From the IMG/VR virus record IMGVR_UViG_3300037851_001309, positions 1 through 64,000 of that record: a stretch of DNA of 64,000 nucleotides; one strand, written 5' to 3'. The DNA comes from a virus. Lineage: Duplodnaviria > Caudoviricetes. Shown here in pieces: positions 26,349 through 36,428 of this stretch (position 1 is the first letter of the stretch; each line of letters begins with the position of its first letter). The notes under the pieces are model-generated. The model was not told the DNA's origin. It saw only the letters and a list, made by a program, of their open reading frames with translations, and did no database searches. Position numbers and translations under genes: made by a program.

Positions 26349-26393
26349 TTTCAACACTCTCCAATGATTTGTGCATCTCTAATACATGGTACA

Positions 26394-26432
26394 ATAAAAG
26401 CCCGGCATTGTTTAACCAACACCGAGCTTTAT
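26394..26432 (-). terminator. Terminator hairpin ending the tail/baseplate block
   Basis: Minus strand aaagctcggtgttg-gttaaa-caatgccgggcttt, a 14-bp stem whose three G-U pairs only form in the minus-strand RNA, followed by uauugu. Confidence 0.72.
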
Positions 26433-26464
26433 TTTCTAAAGGTCTGGAAATATTGGGGTTATAT

Positions 26465-27559
26465 TCAAGCCAAAGTGAGATCTTGCTCAGCCCCTATTAC
26501 ATCCCGCTCAATAAAAAGCTCCGCCCCATCGGTGTCACGAACTCGAGCACGCATCTTTCTCCAGAGGCCGGAGCTTGCTGTCTCGGACCAGAAGGTTTGC
26601 CCTTCAAGGTTCTGACCAACATGAATGACCCTTTTTCTTTCGCGGAAATTGTTGTCCTCGTAAATAATATCAACGCGGGTTATCTTTGAAGCACTGTTAA
26701 AATAGCCGTTACCTGCCAACGCAGTCATCTCCAATAAAACTTCTTTGTTTATCCTGGAAACGACTCGTCGACTATTTCTGACTGGAGTCAGCTTGAAAAA
26801 ATTAAGGCAGTTGTCAACTGAATAAATCACGCTTAACTGATCGCCCGAACTCAAAATACCATCAAGGGTCTTACCGTCCCATCGAAGCTGGTTATCAATG
26901 GCATAATAATCAATACCATAAATTTGAGAGGATCCCTTAACAACCGATACTGCTACTTCAGAGGCGGCAACTGGAGTCCTATTTAGGAGGACATATTTAT
27001 TACTGATATCGGCTCCTGTCAGAGTAATCGTTTCCGATTTCGGTTCTTCCAATGTTGGCATGGGAGAAATGGACCAATTATTGTTAAACAGCCCATCACC
27101 ACATTTGGCTGCCATTATGGTAGACCCACGAGAGGCGTTGGAATTGGCCACGTTCACAAATTGGACATTGGCGATGCCCGTAACGGTCAGATCCCATGGA
27201 GCAGTAGCCAGAAGATCCATGTAAGCAGTCTGTTTACCTGTGAGGGTCAAATCACCGCCAACAACAATAAAGGAGTTGTTCAAACCGGTAGGTGTGGCAA
27301 CAGCATCACCACGAATTTTCAGATTACCAAGGGTCTCAAACCGCTTTCCATTGAACTTAATAGACCCGTTGGTCATATCCATCAACTGAATAAGTACTGA
27401 AATATCTACAGTGCAAAGACCGGTACCATTGGAATCGAAATACACATTATCTGAAGGCCCGGGGACAGAGAAACCACCGGAGCCCCCAGGGGAATCTGAC
27501 CAATTGGCAATATTATTCCAATCACCGGCTGAATTTTTAATCCAATATCTGTCAGCCAT
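26465..27559 (-). CDS. Putative virion fibre/adhesin-like protein (364 aa)
   Basis: N-terminal RYWI..AGDWNNIANWSDSPGGSGGFSVPGPSDNVYFD motif, typical of beta-rich phage/adhesin proteins. C-terminal two modules are paralogous to 10693..11286. Confidence 0.8.
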   Translation of the reverse strand: MADRYWIKNSAGDWNNIANWSDSPGGSGGFSVPGPSDNVYFDSNGTGLCTVDISVLIQLMDMTNGSIKFNGKRFETLGNLKIRGDAVATPTGLNNSFIVVGGDLTLTGKQTAYMDLLATAPWDLTVTGIANVQFVNVANSNASRGSTIMAAKCGDGLFNNNWSISPMPTLEEPKSETITLTGADISNKYVLLNRTPVAASEVAVSVVKGSSQIYGIDYYAIDNQLRWDGKTLDGILSSGDQLSVIYSVDNCLNFFKLTPVRNSRRVVSRINKEVLLEMTALAGNGYFNSASKITRVDIIYEDNNFRERKRVIHVGQNLEGQTFWSETASSGLWRKMRARVRDTDGAELFIERDVIGAEQDLTLA

Positions 27560-27562
27560 AGG

Positions 27563-28207
27563 CTACTTCCCTTTTTTCTGTTTTCTTTGCTGTTCCTGAT
27601 GTTGTTTTTTAAACAACTTCTTCATAATGTCAAAACCACCAGAATAGTAATTTTTTTCTTTGACCAAATTTACGGCTTTCCTGTGAATATTTGACATTTT
27701 TTCTTCCTTAGGCTGTCCTTTTTTTCCCACTTCTCTCCCAAGAGGATCTACAAATCGACGATCCTTGGTCAATAAAATGTATCTACCACTATCAACAAAA
27801 TCCCTTTTGAATTCTTCTGATGAATATTTGTGCTTGTCTGATTTATTGGCATTAAGATAAGATACCTGTGCCTTAGGGAATAGTTCGGGTTTCTTTAGAA
27901 AACTCGAAAATTCTTTTTCTACTTCTTCCGGTGATATTTTAACTTCAGTGTCTTTCTTAATATTTCCTACCGAATCAGAAGCCAGAAGTTCCTGACCGCC
28001 CTTTTGTCTATCCCCCCAAGGATATAAAGGAGTAATATAGGTATACCAGTTCATATCCTTATCTGTAAAAAGGATTGCATATTTTATCCACTGAAAATTA
28101 GCTTCAAATTCCTTAGACTTTTCAATCGTCAAGGATTCAGGATTAAGTGCTTTCAATGGGGGTGCATCAAAAGATACCCGAATCTCATGTAGTGTATGTT
28201 CCGCCAT
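27563..28207 (-). CDS. Hypothetical protein (214 aa)
   Basis: TAATG overlap with the upstream gene, Lys-rich C-terminus, no recognised family. Confidence 0.8.
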   Translation of the reverse strand: MAEHTLHEIRVSFDAPPLKALNPESLTIEKSKEFEANFQWIKYAILFTDKDMNWYTYITPLYPWGDRQKGGQELLASDSVGNIKKDTEVKISPEEVEKEFSSFLKKPELFPKAQVSYLNANKSDKHKYSSEEFKRDFVDSGRYILLTKDRRFVDPLGREVGKKGQPKEEKMSNIHRKAVNLVKEKNYYSGGFDIMKKLFKKQHQEQQRKQKKGK

Positions 28208-31200
28208 TATACAATCCTCCGCACAACCAAAGGCCTCCCAGGCAGCTCAAAAATATCCACTGAATCTGAGTTTGAAGTCTGGCTAAAAAAGCATGATGCC
28301 GATGTATTATCTGTTTCACTGCCGACAACCAGTAAGAACAATTGACCGGAATTATTCTTGTTCATTATATAAGACTTAAAGGTTTTCTTATAGCTTGTTG
28401 ATGTTGACAACTTCTCAAACTTCAAACCGAGATTTCCAAGCCCTAACGGAGCTAAGTCCTCTGAAGAAATATGAATTGAAGACCGACCCCTATCGGCCAC
28501 ATTTAAACCTATCCAGACGGTCCCCTCAGGAAGCGCCTCTATATCTTGTACACGGGAAACCGTTCTGGTTTCAATTACCGGGTAGACATCAGAGACGGCG
28601 GTGCTTATAGAGCTGTTTCTCCCACTGGAGTCCTTAAGGGAACTTAATGCAGGAAGAAGATCAATTATGTTTCTCTGCAAAAATGCCGGCTGATCCTTTG
28701 CAATTATCGAATAGGCTTCACCAGAAGGGGCCGATGTTTTATCTGGGACCGCATTAATGAATAATGTAGTGTTGTTATAAACCTCTTTGATCCCATACTC
28801 TCTGGTAGCGTCCGAATTGGCTCTGATATACTGGCCTGCTTTCACATTACTGGCCCACTCAGTATTAAACCCATACACAACTGTAGTATCAGTTAATCTG
28901 GCCATACCTAAAGAATAAGTATAGTCCGTGATTGTACCAGATCCTGACGTCGTTGTTATGGCAGGACCTGATGCCTCAATAACTCCTGTTGTTGAAGAAT
29001 CAAGGAGCCCTTGATAAGGTAGGGTTTTATAAAAGAATGTATAGCCTTCCGTAGGGCTGATTGCACTATGAAGAAAAGTCGGGACCTCTATAGTTGCTCC
29101 TGGTGCAGGAGTGTCCGGTGCCGAAAATTCAATTGTCCCATAGGTTTTTGTAGAATCGTATGGAAATTGGGTGTTTTTCGTTTCCAACACTTTTCGTGTT
29201 CCATTTACATAAACAAATCCCGCACCGTTATCCCCTGCGTAGCTTGACAAAGCTAAAATAGCTTTGTCCTGAGAATCTATATGAAAAATTTGACGCCCAC
29301 CATCGGCTGTTTCATCAGGGATAAGTTCAAGCATTTCCCAACAATTAGTAATTGCTCGACCCTGTTTGTTCGCATCAAAAATCTTGTTCTGAGTATAGAG
29401 GACAACCTCTATGTCTCTTCCAATGTCTATTATCGGAGAACCCACATCAATTGTATATGTTGTGGAATTTCTCGTTATCTGAGGGTTAACTCGAAGAGCC
29501 CCTCCAACCTTGATACTAATAAGGCCGAGGATGGTATACCCATTAATGCTTCTTGGAACAGTGAAAATTTGTGTACCATTCCCAACGGCATGATAAATCA
29601 TCTGATGACCAAAGTCATAGGGTTCTGTAATACTCCCGCCACGATTCATCAGCATGGGAAATTTTGTACCGTCGGTTGTCCCTATCGGATAAGAATTTCT
29701 AACCCGAATATCCTGGTCCATCATCGCAATAGAAGACGTTGAATCTTCTCTACGACATTCGAGAAAAAGATTTGGAACATGAGTCAGCCCATTCGATCCT
29801 GAAGGGAATCTAAGCGTGTATTCAAAAGTAAGTGGATAGGCAGTCCCTAAAACCACCGCCGATGCCCCTAAGGTGATCGTAAGAGTAGATGTAGGCAAAG
29901 CCGTTGCAGAATACTGGCTTGGAGCCAATACTCCTACCTGTTTTGTATAGACTTCCTTAAGACCTACAATTTGAGTCCCAGCAGGATATCCAGATAAATT
30001 TATCTGAACTGCATCTCCAGAAGCCCACGGAATGTTTGGCGTACCCGCTATTTTTTGGGCTACCGTGCGTACCGAAAAGCTCTCGGGCTGATCAAGTTGA
30101 GCATTAGAAAAAATCCTGCGGATTCCATCCCCTTGTGCAATTCTGGTTGATCCCGGGCGATCTATGTAAGAAATTGCATCTGGATGGACAAGAGTGATTC
30201 CATAGCTGTCTTCACCAAGAGAACTTTTGGTCATCTTTCCAGGAAGCCTGTTATTAACAAGCTTTGAAAAGGCATTTTCGCAAAGCTCCTTAACATTCTC
30301 TTGGGATATTACTTTATGTCTCATGTCAAGAATATCTTCTGCAACTATCCAGTCATTGTACAGGTTGTCTGGTCGATCAGATGCAAAACCTGCCACATAG
30401 TCAGCAAGAGATCTGGATGCACCATTGGATCTGGTGTCAGGGGTATAAGCACTCGTATTGCGACGACGTACCGCAAACATTGGGATAGCATAGGTATGAC
30501 CGTCAACAGTCCCTAAGGTTTCCTGGGCAACATCATCACCAGCACCTGCATACCAAAGGCCTGGATCTCCTTCGACAGGAGAAAAATAGGCGTGACTGCA
30601 TGTAGTAATAGGCTCAGGGAGAGGTCCCTGAACAAAAACCAGGTTCGGATCAAAACCGTCTGGGTAGCTTTCAATATCAGCGGAAGCTACACGAATTCTA
30701 TACTGCAGTTGAATTCTCAATGAGGTCTCAATACCCATTGCAGGGTCAATCAGATCATTGCTGTAGTTGGTTCCACCATAGAGGACATTTCCGTGCTTGT
30801 AAATAGTATCTGAAGGATATATCAGCTTACGCCATACTTCCAGGAAAATAAAGTCAACCCGGGTGCCAATTGTCGGAGGATCTTGAAGAACGATAATATT
30901 ATTCTCATCAGATGAACTTGATCCCTGAATTAGGACTCTCCACCCATTAACCCATGCAATATTTTTTTGAGTATCTTGACCCTCATCCAGCGAAACCAGC
31001 TTAAAACTATTCCGGAGGAAGGAGGGATCACACACTACTGTGCCTGCCTGACACAAAGAGGGAGCTATTGCATCTTTAATAGGACCTATAAAGGACCAGC
31101 CACTCGGAACAAGAGATTTCATGGTAAGTTGAGCACGGTCTGTGTCAACCTTACCCCCGAGGTTCACTTCGGAAGATAGGGGTGGCTTTCGTTTCTGATA

Positions 31201-31272
31201 AATGACAGACTCGAAATTTCTATTTTCCGAATCTAATACTCGTGTCTGGTTTGGTCCAAGATAATCTGACAT
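28207..31272 (-). CDS. Large tail/baseplate-associated protein, paralogue of 36814..40815 (1021 aa)
   Basis: Shares IYQKRKPPLSSEVNL, FLEVWRKL, IETSLRIQLQYRIRV, TVDGHTYAIPMFAVRRRN, RPD...DILDMR with the 1333-aa protein. The N-terminus resembles the DUF4815/DUF6519-type Q.G.P.LD.ELN motif. Confidence 0.8.
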   Translation of the reverse strand: MSDYLGPNQTRVLDSENRNFESVIYQKRKPPLSSEVNLGGKVDTDRAQLTMKSLVPSGWSFIGPIKDAIAPSLCQAGTVVCDPSFLRNSFKLVSLDEGQDTQKNIAWVNGWRVLIQGSSSSDENNIIVLQDPPTIGTRVDFIFLEVWRKLIYPSDTIYKHGNVLYGGTNYSNDLIDPAMGIETSLRIQLQYRIRVASADIESYPDGFDPNLVFVQGPLPEPITTCSHAYFSPVEGDPGLWYAGAGDDVAQETLGTVDGHTYAIPMFAVRRRNTSAYTPDTRSNGASRSLADYVAGFASDRPDNLYNDWIVAEDILDMRHKVISQENVKELCENAFSKLVNNRLPGKMTKSSLGEDSYGITLVHPDAISYIDRPGSTRIAQGDGIRRIFSNAQLDQPESFSVRTVAQKIAGTPNIPWASGDAVQINLSGYPAGTQIVGLKEVYTKQVGVLAPSQYSATALPTSTLTITLGASAVVLGTAYPLTFEYTLRFPSGSNGLTHVPNLFLECRREDSTSSIAMMDQDIRVRNSYPIGTTDGTKFPMLMNRGGSITEPYDFGHQMIYHAVGNGTQIFTVPRSINGYTILGLISIKVGGALRVNPQITRNSTTYTIDVGSPIIDIGRDIEVVLYTQNKIFDANKQGRAITNCWEMLELIPDETADGGRQIFHIDSQDKAILALSSYAGDNGAGFVYVNGTRKVLETKNTQFPYDSTKTYGTIEFSAPDTPAPGATIEVPTFLHSAISPTEGYTFFYKTLPYQGLLDSSTTGVIEASGPAITTTSGSGTITDYTYSLGMARLTDTTVVYGFNTEWASNVKAGQYIRANSDATREYGIKEVYNNTTLFINAVPDKTSAPSGEAYSIIAKDQPAFLQRNIIDLLPALSSLKDSSGRNSSISTAVSDVYPVIETRTVSRVQDIEALPEGTVWIGLNVADRGRSSIHISSEDLAPLGLGNLGLKFEKLSTSTSYKKTFKSYIMNKNNSGQLFLLVVGSETDNTSASCFFSQTSNSDSVDIFELPGRPLVVRRIV

Positions 31273-31273
31273 T

Positions 31274-32167
31274 TTATGCTCCCATTACTTTGATTTTCCA
31301 GGCGTACAAAGGTCGTATCACGGCAGATTCAGCTCTCGAAGCTTCAATAAGATTATCAGACACATCCTCATATCGTTCCATAAAATTAAAAAACACGGAT
31401 GGATCAAAAAACCATGTTGCCGGATATCCCGTATATTTCTTAAAGAGCTGATCACTCGCGTATAGCCTGTGAAAAGACTGCAGGTAAGAAGCCATCATTC
31501 TTTTCATCGTTAAAAAATTTGTAACTATATGATTGATCGAGTCCTCCGCCCGCTTGTGAGAAGAAATTTTCCCAGACAGGCAAGGAACCAAATGATTCAT
31601 ACGGAAATCAGTCTGTTCTGCTGCGGTCTCAAAAATTTCAATATTACTAACAAGTTCGGCTGATGCAGTTTTCATCTTTGACAAACAACCATTCAGTTCT
31701 TTTGCTCCCCACATTGTCTTAGGAAAAGATGTCTTAAGAAGAACCTCTGACAGGTTAACTGCGTCCTCATAGGTTTCTGTAAAACTCTTAAGATTCTCCT
31801 GATACTTGTTAATAGACTCTGCACGCATTGGATATTCTGATGGCTTATTTTCCATTAGTTCATCAGGTTTCTCTTCCAATACGTTAATTTTTTCCTGCTT
31901 TGACTTGTTTATCATATCTATAATCGATTTAATCTGATCGGAAAAAGTATTCTCCGCCTTTATTACAATTGGTGCATTCGGAACCTGTATCGATGACCTC
32001 ACCAGCATACCGACAACCGAACCAAAATACTCATCTGTACTCTTTGAAGATAAAACAGCATTACCATTAAAAAAGCAGTGAAAAAATTTATCCTTTATTA
32101 TATCGAACCGGTCATTTACACAGGATATCTTGATGACCGGTGGTACTGTTAAGTATTCGAAGAGCAT
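31274..32167 (-). CDS. Hypothetical protein (297 aa)
   Basis: TAATG overlap, predicted helical composition, no recognised family. Confidence 0.8.
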   Translation of the reverse strand: MLFEYLTVPPVIKISCVNDRFDIIKDKFFHCFFNGNAVLSSKSTDEYFGSVVGMLVRSSIQVPNAPIVIKAENTFSDQIKSIIDMINKSKQEKINVLEEKPDELMENKPSEYPMRAESINKYQENLKSFTETYEDAVNLSEVLLKTSFPKTMWGAKELNGCLSKMKTASAELVSNIEIFETAAEQTDFRMNHLVPCLSGKISSHKRAEDSINHIVTNFLTMKRMMASYLQSFHRLYASDQLFKKYTGYPATWFFDPSVFFNFMERYEDVSDNLIEASRAESAVIRPLYAWKIKVMGA

Positions 32168-32778
32168 TAAGCCGTGATCCTGAATGTAATTGTCAAGGTC
32201 ATTGAATTCGTTTTGTTTATAACCGGAAAAGTTCGGTAATTGACCATTGTTCCACTATCTGTTAGATCTGTGGCATCTCCACCAAACAGGGACATCTCAA
32301 CAAGGGGCCCTACTGCTTCAGTCTCAGCAAAAGTAACTGTGTAGTCCACCACGTTAGTAGGAACAAGTACTGGATCCCCAGTATCCGGATCGATAAAAGA
32401 AACATCCTCAGTCGTAAAAGCTTTCCTGGAAATTTCGTTATTAAGTTTCACCTGAGTATTCGTTGGCTGTGGAGGGTTCTGAAGATTCCAGCCTACTCCT
32501 CCAGTACCTACTGCAAGATAGGATATACCAGATGAGGGCTCGGTATTGTCTTTCAGAAGACGGGAAATCAATATTGATGCAGTATTAACTATGATATTGT
32601 GGCCAACACGCTCCTCAAGAATACGGCCTGAACAGGCTTCCCGAAGAGTAATCCGGTACTCCCCTTTTAAGCCTTTCACTGTTTCATCGTGCTTTAGGCG
32701 GAAACCCCCAAAGGTAGCTTCCAACGTCCTTCTTAAGTTTTCTTTAAAAAGCATGTCATTCTCCTGTATAATATGCAA
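32167..32778 (-). CDS. Tail fibre attachment/collar-type protein (203 aa)
   Basis: HNIIVN..ISYLAVGTG..LNNEISRK..TFAETEAVGPLVEMSLF..GTMVNYRTFPVINKTNSMTLTITFRI matches the widespread phage tail-collar fibre N-terminal-type fold. Confidence 0.72.
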   Translation of the reverse strand: MHIIQENDMLFKENLRRTLEATFGGFRLKHDETVKGLKGEYRITLREACSGRILEERVGHNIIVNTASILISRLLKDNTEPSSGISYLAVGTGGVGWNLQNPPQPTNTQVKLNNEISRKAFTTEDVSFIDPDTGDPVLVPTNVVDYTVTFAETEAVGPLVEMSLFGGDATDLTDSGTMVNYRTFPVINKTNSMTLTITFRITA

Positions 32779-32797
32779 ACATCCTATAAAAGTATAT

Positions 32798-32843
32798 TTA
32801 TTAGAAGATAATCAGAAAAAGATCTAAGGTATTAGAACATCAT
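32798..32843 (-). promoter_or_regulatory. Two tandem copies of putative late-promoter motif
   Basis: ATGATGTTCTAATAC (32829-32843) and ATTATCTTCTAATAA (32798-32812) in a 68-nt intergenic gap. Confidence 0.65.
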
Positions 32844-32846
32844 TAC

Positions 32847-35800
32847 TTAGACCGGCAAAACCTCCATAATTTTGGATGTTCTAAAAGACCTGTCCGGCAA
32901 AAGTTCCCTTATCGTTTTCTTCCGTATACGAACTGATGGTTCGTTGATGTAACCATAGTTTGTAAGGAGATTTAACGGATTTGCCGGGTTCAAAGGATTC
33001 CTTATTTTGACCAGAGCATTTGGAAATGACTCTGGAGAGCTTATCTCATCGTCGTGAGGGTCGTAGGACTCAAAAACAGGTCCAGTAAAAACATGCTCCT
33101 CAATCTGATAGGTATCTTTATTGAAATACGTGAACTTTATCCCGGAGCTGTAATCACTAAGATAATTGACATACTCATTAAACTGGACTTTTAAGGTATT
33201 CTCAAAACCGTCGAAACACTGAGCTGGAAATACGTGCTCCCAGTCAAATACTCTGGAGCGGTCCCGATCCATGACCCTTGCCAGCCCTACGCTTCGAATG
33301 TTGTAAGTAAAAGAAATGGTAGCGTCTCTTAAGGCATATACGGGATAGCTGAATCGAATGACATCACCAGCCTCAAGGATGCTCTCAAGAGGGGTGGTAT
33401 TCCAGTAAACGGTATCCCCTATAACAAAGAAATCGACTCCATATTCCTGCGGAGATCCCCGGTAGATTCCCATAAGAACCAAGTCAGGACGTAACGGCAC
33501 ACTTGGTAGAGACACAAATTTAAGGTCTATGTCTCTTTGGGTCAGTTGAACGAAACTATTGACAATGTAGTTTTCAGGATTGAAAATTTCAACATATCCG
33601 GTGACAGGATCAAAAGACTTTATTAGTCCATGTACTACGTCGCCCCTTAATTTCACCACGACATCATCTGCCGTCGCCAGTGTGTTAAAATCCTTAATAG
33701 CAGGCAATGCCGGAAAATCAATGGTATCTGACCCAATTCTGTATGGTATTGTTTCAGGAAGATAGAAAACTGTCAGGGGCGCATCGATCGGCATATACAC
33801 AGAATAGGTATTCGACGACACATTGTTGGGTGACGTCTCTCTTAAAACAAAATTCTTCCTCAATTTCTTCGAGGCTACTCTGAGATTTATTACCCCTCCA
33901 ACCTCACTCGGTATAGTAACATTTTGTAGATCAATAACGGCCGTATCAAAGAGCATCCAAGATTCGCACTCTTTTAGTTTATTAAGGTCTTCTTTAAACC
34001 GAGTTTTGAAAGAGTAGCGAGCCTGATCACATATCGAACTTAAGGTAACGCTTTCGTTTCCATAACGATACTCTTTGAGCAACAGATCTGTGTACATCAA
34101 TGGATGATGGTGCTTACGAACATTCTGGAGCTTTCTCTGATGAATCAAATCAGGCTGATAAGAGTAAGTTTTCTGGAAAGGTGGGGTACCCGACCCCAAT
34201 TTCAAAATGGGGTCGTTTGGCTGATCCAGATATTTATCATTCAGAATTATTTGGGAACTCTTATCATACAAATGCTCGGGGCTGAAGAAATAATTAAAAT
34301 GATTAAGATTATCCTGGCGATTTACAATAGAAGATCTTGTAGCTGGCTTCTGATAATTATTTAAAAGCAAAGTATCTGGTGAATTCAAAACCGAAGCATG
34401 ATGTAACAAATCTGCCCGATACTTATACCCTATCGTTAACGGGTCATATTTAGGTGCAGGGGTTCTGGTAGGATCTGAAGCACCCTCAGCCCCATCAAAG
34501 ATCATATCATCATCAAAATCCCGTGCAATATCATCCCAAAGCATGGAGTAATTCGACGTACCACTTTCGTAATAATCGAAATTTATCTGATCCCCGATTG
34601 TAGGCGTTCGCCCTAATGGGGATGCCAACCAGAAGTCTCTATAATACTGAAGAGTTACATGGCCAAGGATTGGGTTAATCTCTGCAACTGCATCTGGAAT
34701 ATACGTGCCATCTACGGAAACTTTAACATCCGAAGGAAGAGCAAGAGTGTTTGTCCCGGATCCATTAGATACAGGAACATTGGGGAGTTGCCACTGAGCT
34801 ACCCCGAATAAACAAGTGGTTGATGCAGTAGAATCACTAAGCCCTGTTTTGTAATAATAATTAAAAGTTAGTTCTTGGCCTGTTATCGGAACACCACCGG
34901 CAGAAGAATCCCAATACTCTGAAGTGTTGTTCAGACTGATATAGGACGAACTTGAATCTACCGAACGTACTGCATCATAAATAGGAGTTAAGCCTTTTAG
35001 AACCCCGATGCTGACTGGAGTTGCAGTACCTCCGGACCCATCCGTTAAGGGGGCATAAGGCATAGTAAAGCTGAATATGTCTCCGGTTTTCTCTCTTCCA
35101 AGACTGGCCCCCTGGATATTCTCCCAGGCAAATCTTGGGGACCACATACGCTCCGCCAGAGATACCGTATAGGACTTTTTGCTTTCTGAAAGGTCCTGAC
35201 AATTTTTTCTAAGATCTTCATACATGGGTTGCAGAGCATCCTGCACCCATCGGTCGCAGAGGGTCGTATCTGTAGTCCGTACCTGGACAGGGAAGCGCCC
35301 ATGACGATCCATTAATTTCTTAACAAATTCCTGAAAAGCCGGTTTACGAAATACCCCTTTATAGAATCGAGAATTGTAATCCGTTACAAGGTCCGGTGGT
35401 AGCCAGTAGAATTGAAAATCACCAGGGATCGTTAATGACGTTAACCTTATATACTGCCCTATTTGAAGATTCTCAAATAGAATTCGTTTTCCATTTACCC
35501 CAAATATCTGTGTACCATCTACCCCTGGCTCTACTACAACTTTTGTGCCGTTTTCAAGGTAAATGACTTGATCCTTAGAATGAATAGAAGAAATCCTATG
35601 GATATTCCCAGTAGGATTCGATGGCAATAATGAAGGCCCGGTAAGGAGAACTGATGAAGGCGGTTCAACAACCAAAATCTGCCGGCCAAGAACAACTACT
35701 TCATCAAAGGGTTTATAAAGATAGATAGGAATACAACCGCCACCTGTATCCCCAAAAAACAGGTCATGGATCTTATTAATGTCGAATCGTTCTGTCCAAA

Positions 35801-36428
35801 TAAATTTCGTATCATAAAGGACGTGGGCGGGACGAACCAAATTAATAAAAAAGTTAAGTTCAGTAGTAAGGCTCGCCAGGTCTTTCCCAGAATTCAGAAT
35901 ATCATCAACAAAAACCTCGAGGACCATCTTATGGGTATCAATAAGCCCATAAGCAGAGGCGGGCTTTCTGGATTCTAAATAAATCTCTTTAAGATTTATC
36001 TGTTGTTTTGTAAATCTCTCTACTATAGATTCTATATTTTGTTTAGAACTACCACTGAGATATGCATCCTTAATAGCTATCAAGTATTCTCGATAGGATA
36101 CATCGCTATAATTTGTAGGAGTTATGCGTTCACCAAGAAAGAGTCTTTCCCCAAGAATCTGCTGTATGTATTCAATTCGTGTCTGAGTAAAAATTTTATC
36201 GTTGTTAATAAGTTCAACAGATTGCTGGAGACGAGCAAATTCACGCCCTAATGTACGATAAAGAATACCAAGATTACTGTTAGGGGTCTTGGGATAATTG
36301 CTGGCAACAAGGTCCTGCAATGCAGATAAAAGAAGATCAGATCTCCCTTGTAAATCTGCCCGATATTGTTTATTATCGGGCAGTCTGCGACGGCCTAATT
36401 TCTCAGGATCATAATAAAACTGAGCCAT
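32847..36428 (-). CDS. Large baseplate wedge/tail protein (gpI-like N-terminus; start MAQFYY, ~1193 aa)
   Basis: N-terminal LYRTLGREFARL..SYREYLIAIKDAYLSGSSKQNIESIVE..NLVRPAHV resembles P2 gpI-type wedge proteins. Several Ig-like beta modules follow. TAATG overlap at 36428. Confidence 0.65.
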   Translation of the reverse strand: MAQFYYDPEKLGRRRLPDNKQYRADLQGRSDLLLSALQDLVASNYPKTPNSNLGILYRTLGREFARLQQSVELINNDKIFTQTRIEYIQQILGERLFLGERITPTNYSDVSYREYLIAIKDAYLSGSSKQNIESIVERFTKQQINLKEIYLESRKPASAYGLIDTHKMVLEVFVDDILNSGKDLASLTTELNFFINLVRPAHVLYDTKFIWTERFDINKIHDLFFGDTGGGCIPIYLYKPFDEVVVLGRQILVVEPPSSVLLTGPSLLPSNPTGNIHRISSIHSKDQVIYLENGTKVVVEPGVDGTQIFGVNGKRILFENLQIGQYIRLTSLTIPGDFQFYWLPPDLVTDYNSRFYKGVFRKPAFQEFVKKLMDRHGRFPVQVRTTDTTLCDRWVQDALQPMYEDLRKNCQDLSESKKSYTVSLAERMWSPRFAWENIQGASLGREKTGDIFSFTMPYAPLTDGSGGTATPVSIGVLKGLTPIYDAVRSVDSSSSYISLNNTSEYWDSSAGGVPITGQELTFNYYYKTGLSDSTASTTCLFGVAQWQLPNVPVSNGSGTNTLALPSDVKVSVDGTYIPDAVAEINPILGHVTLQYYRDFWLASPLGRTPTIGDQINFDYYESGTSNYSMLWDDIARDFDDDMIFDGAEGASDPTRTPAPKYDPLTIGYKYRADLLHHASVLNSPDTLLLNNYQKPATRSSIVNRQDNLNHFNYFFSPEHLYDKSSQIILNDKYLDQPNDPILKLGSGTPPFQKTYSYQPDLIHQRKLQNVRKHHHPLMYTDLLLKEYRYGNESVTLSSICDQARYSFKTRFKEDLNKLKECESWMLFDTAVIDLQNVTIPSEVGGVINLRVASKKLRKNFVLRETSPNNVSSNTYSVYMPIDAPLTVFYLPETIPYRIGSDTIDFPALPAIKDFNTLATADDVVVKLRGDVVHGLIKSFDPVTGYVEIFNPENYIVNSFVQLTQRDIDLKFVSLPSVPLRPDLVLMGIYRGSPQEYGVDFFVIGDTVYWNTTPLESILEAGDVIRFSYPVYALRDATISFTYNIRSVGLARVMDRDRSRVFDWEHVFPAQCFDGFENTLKVQFNEYVNYLSDYSSGIKFTYFNKDTYQIEEHVFTGPVFESYDPHDDEISSPESFPNALVKIRNPLNPANPLNLLTNYGYINEPSVRIRKKTIRELLPDRSFRTSKIMEVLPV

